The notes beneath the pieces were generated by a model. The model did no database searches. It was not told the origin of the DNA and saw only the letters and a list, made by a program, of their open reading frames with translations. The position numbers and the translations under genes are program-made. Positions 62,689 through 64,000 of a stretch of 64,000 nucleotides of DNA are shown here, piece by piece. This DNA comes from Chara braunii (taxonomy: Eukaryota > Plantae > Charophyceae): contig BFEA01000030.1 in NCBI GenBank assembly GCA_003427395.1, forward strand, positions 926,418 through 990,417, given 5' to 3'. Within the stretch, counting starts at the first letter, position 1, and each line of letters opens with the position of its first letter.

Positions 62689-62699
62689 CCTCTCGCATG

Positions 62700-62960
62700 C
62701 AGCCTCCTACTCCCACTCTCGGGACGTGACTCTCACTCGATTGTACATCCATCCAGGCAAAACGGGCCTTGCGTCCAACCCGTTTTGCCTGGATGGAAGT
62801 GCCCACCAAATGGCACCCCAGTACGTACAGTGCCTTTCCCATGTCTCCCTCCTCCCACTCTTGGGACGTGAGTCTCACTCGCTGTACATCCGCCCAGGCA
62901 AAACAGGCCTTGCGCGCAACCCGTTTTGCCTGGATGAATGTGCCCACCAAATGGCACCCC
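62700..62960. repeat. ~140-bp tandem duplication
   Basis: ctcccactct.gggacgtga...gtgcccaccaaatggcacccc twice. Confidence 0.8.
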
Positions 62961-63614
62961 AGAGCTTGGTGGCAGCATATGCGCGCCCAGACTCCGAAAA
63001 AAAAAGGCAAAATGGCGGGAAACAAAAAAAGCAAAATGGCGGGAAAAAAAAAGGCAAAATGGCGGCAAACTTACTGGGGGTGTACCCGGCCAAGCCAAAC
63101 CCTTGTAGCCCAATATGTACTCGACGGTGGTTGGGGTGACTTTCGCCCGTGGCTGTATAGTCGCAATGCTTGTTGCTGTTAGTGGAGGGCCAAATGCATT
63201 GCTGCTAGGCCCAAGAGCAGCAACAAGAGGGAAAGGAGGAAATGCATTGCTGCTAGCCCAATAGCAGCAACAAGCAAGCAAAGGATATAGCCAAGCTCAT
63301 CGGCACGGATAGGGCCGAATGCATTGAGCCTACAGCCACGGATTGTCAGCCATACAATGGCGGGGGGCGGAGTTGTGGGGGGGTTGTTCTGTGCACTCCT
63401 GGCGAAAAGGGACGGCCATGTTTTTTTTTGTTTTTTTTTTTTTGGACGGCCTTATTCTGTTACTAGTGGTGGGCCAACAGCAAAAAATCCTAGCTGAACA
63501 ACTTTTACACGTGGCGGCCGGTGCAGCGAAGGCTTCGATGTCATGGAATTTGAGCCAATGGCACTACTGGATAGTTGCTGTGCTGTGTGTGTGGTCACGA
63601 CCGAGAGGTTGCTC

Positions 63615-63789
63615 CCGGGGCCAGGTCCCTCTAGCAGCGTTGAGTTTCCTCAACGCCTGAATCTGGACGCGTTTGTTCGTGGAGATGTGCGGTTCAGAAA
63701 ACTCAACTCGATTTCTCCACATATCCACAGACACGTCCAGATTCAGGCGTTGAGAAAACTCAACGCTGCTGGTGGGACCTGGCTCCCGG
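63615..63789. repeat. ~175-nt foldback with ~55-bp arms
   Basis: ccaggtccctctagcagcgttgagtttcctcaacgcctgaatctggacg ... cgtccagattcaggcgttgagaaaactcaacgctgctggtgggacctgg. Confidence 0.85.
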
Positions 63790-64000
63790 AAAAGTGCAGT
63801 CGTTCAGATCAGTGCGCGCAGGGTGTGGCGATGGGAGGGACACTATCTCGCGTCCTTCGTTTTGGACCGCAGATTGTGGCGCCCAGGCCTTGTGCACGAA
63901 GTCCCATTCACCTGGTGAGAAATCGATGTATTTTACAGTCGCTTGTGTGTGTGTGTGTGTGTGTGTGCGTTTTCAACTCTCAATTGAAACCGGGGAAGGT

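Overview
Eukaryotic, repeat-rich nuclear DNA from a draft assembly with N gaps. It is most likely a streptophyte green alga (Chara-like); this is an inference from the ferredoxin, plant-type U6, plant-type mitochondrial fragments and transposon style. Two host genes are supported: the long terminal exon of a SWEETIE/HEATR5 homolog (2230-4572, +), whose acidic tail carries five W-x-x-F motifs, and an intronless plastid-targeted 2Fe-2S ferredoxin (57172-57639, +). The ~52 kb between them is mostly nested, decayed insertions: an L1/Tx1-type LINE broken into APE, RT and zf-RVT pieces, an LTR element with two tandem gag-like ORFs, hAT, PIF/Harbinger and CACTA-like non-autonomous elements, a recurrent TTAA-flanked MITE family, mitochondrial nad2 and nad4 fragments (NUMTs) and a group II intron domain V. 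The most unusual items are a cluster of diverged, strand-scrambled 25S/28S rRNA pieces (38.6-43.5 kb) and a U6 snRNA chimeric retrocopy with an A-rich tail and target-site duplication upstream of the ferredoxin gene. A Nextera mate-pair junction adapter at 16893-16930 marks a local assembly artefact. All homology calls come from remembered motifs, not database searches.
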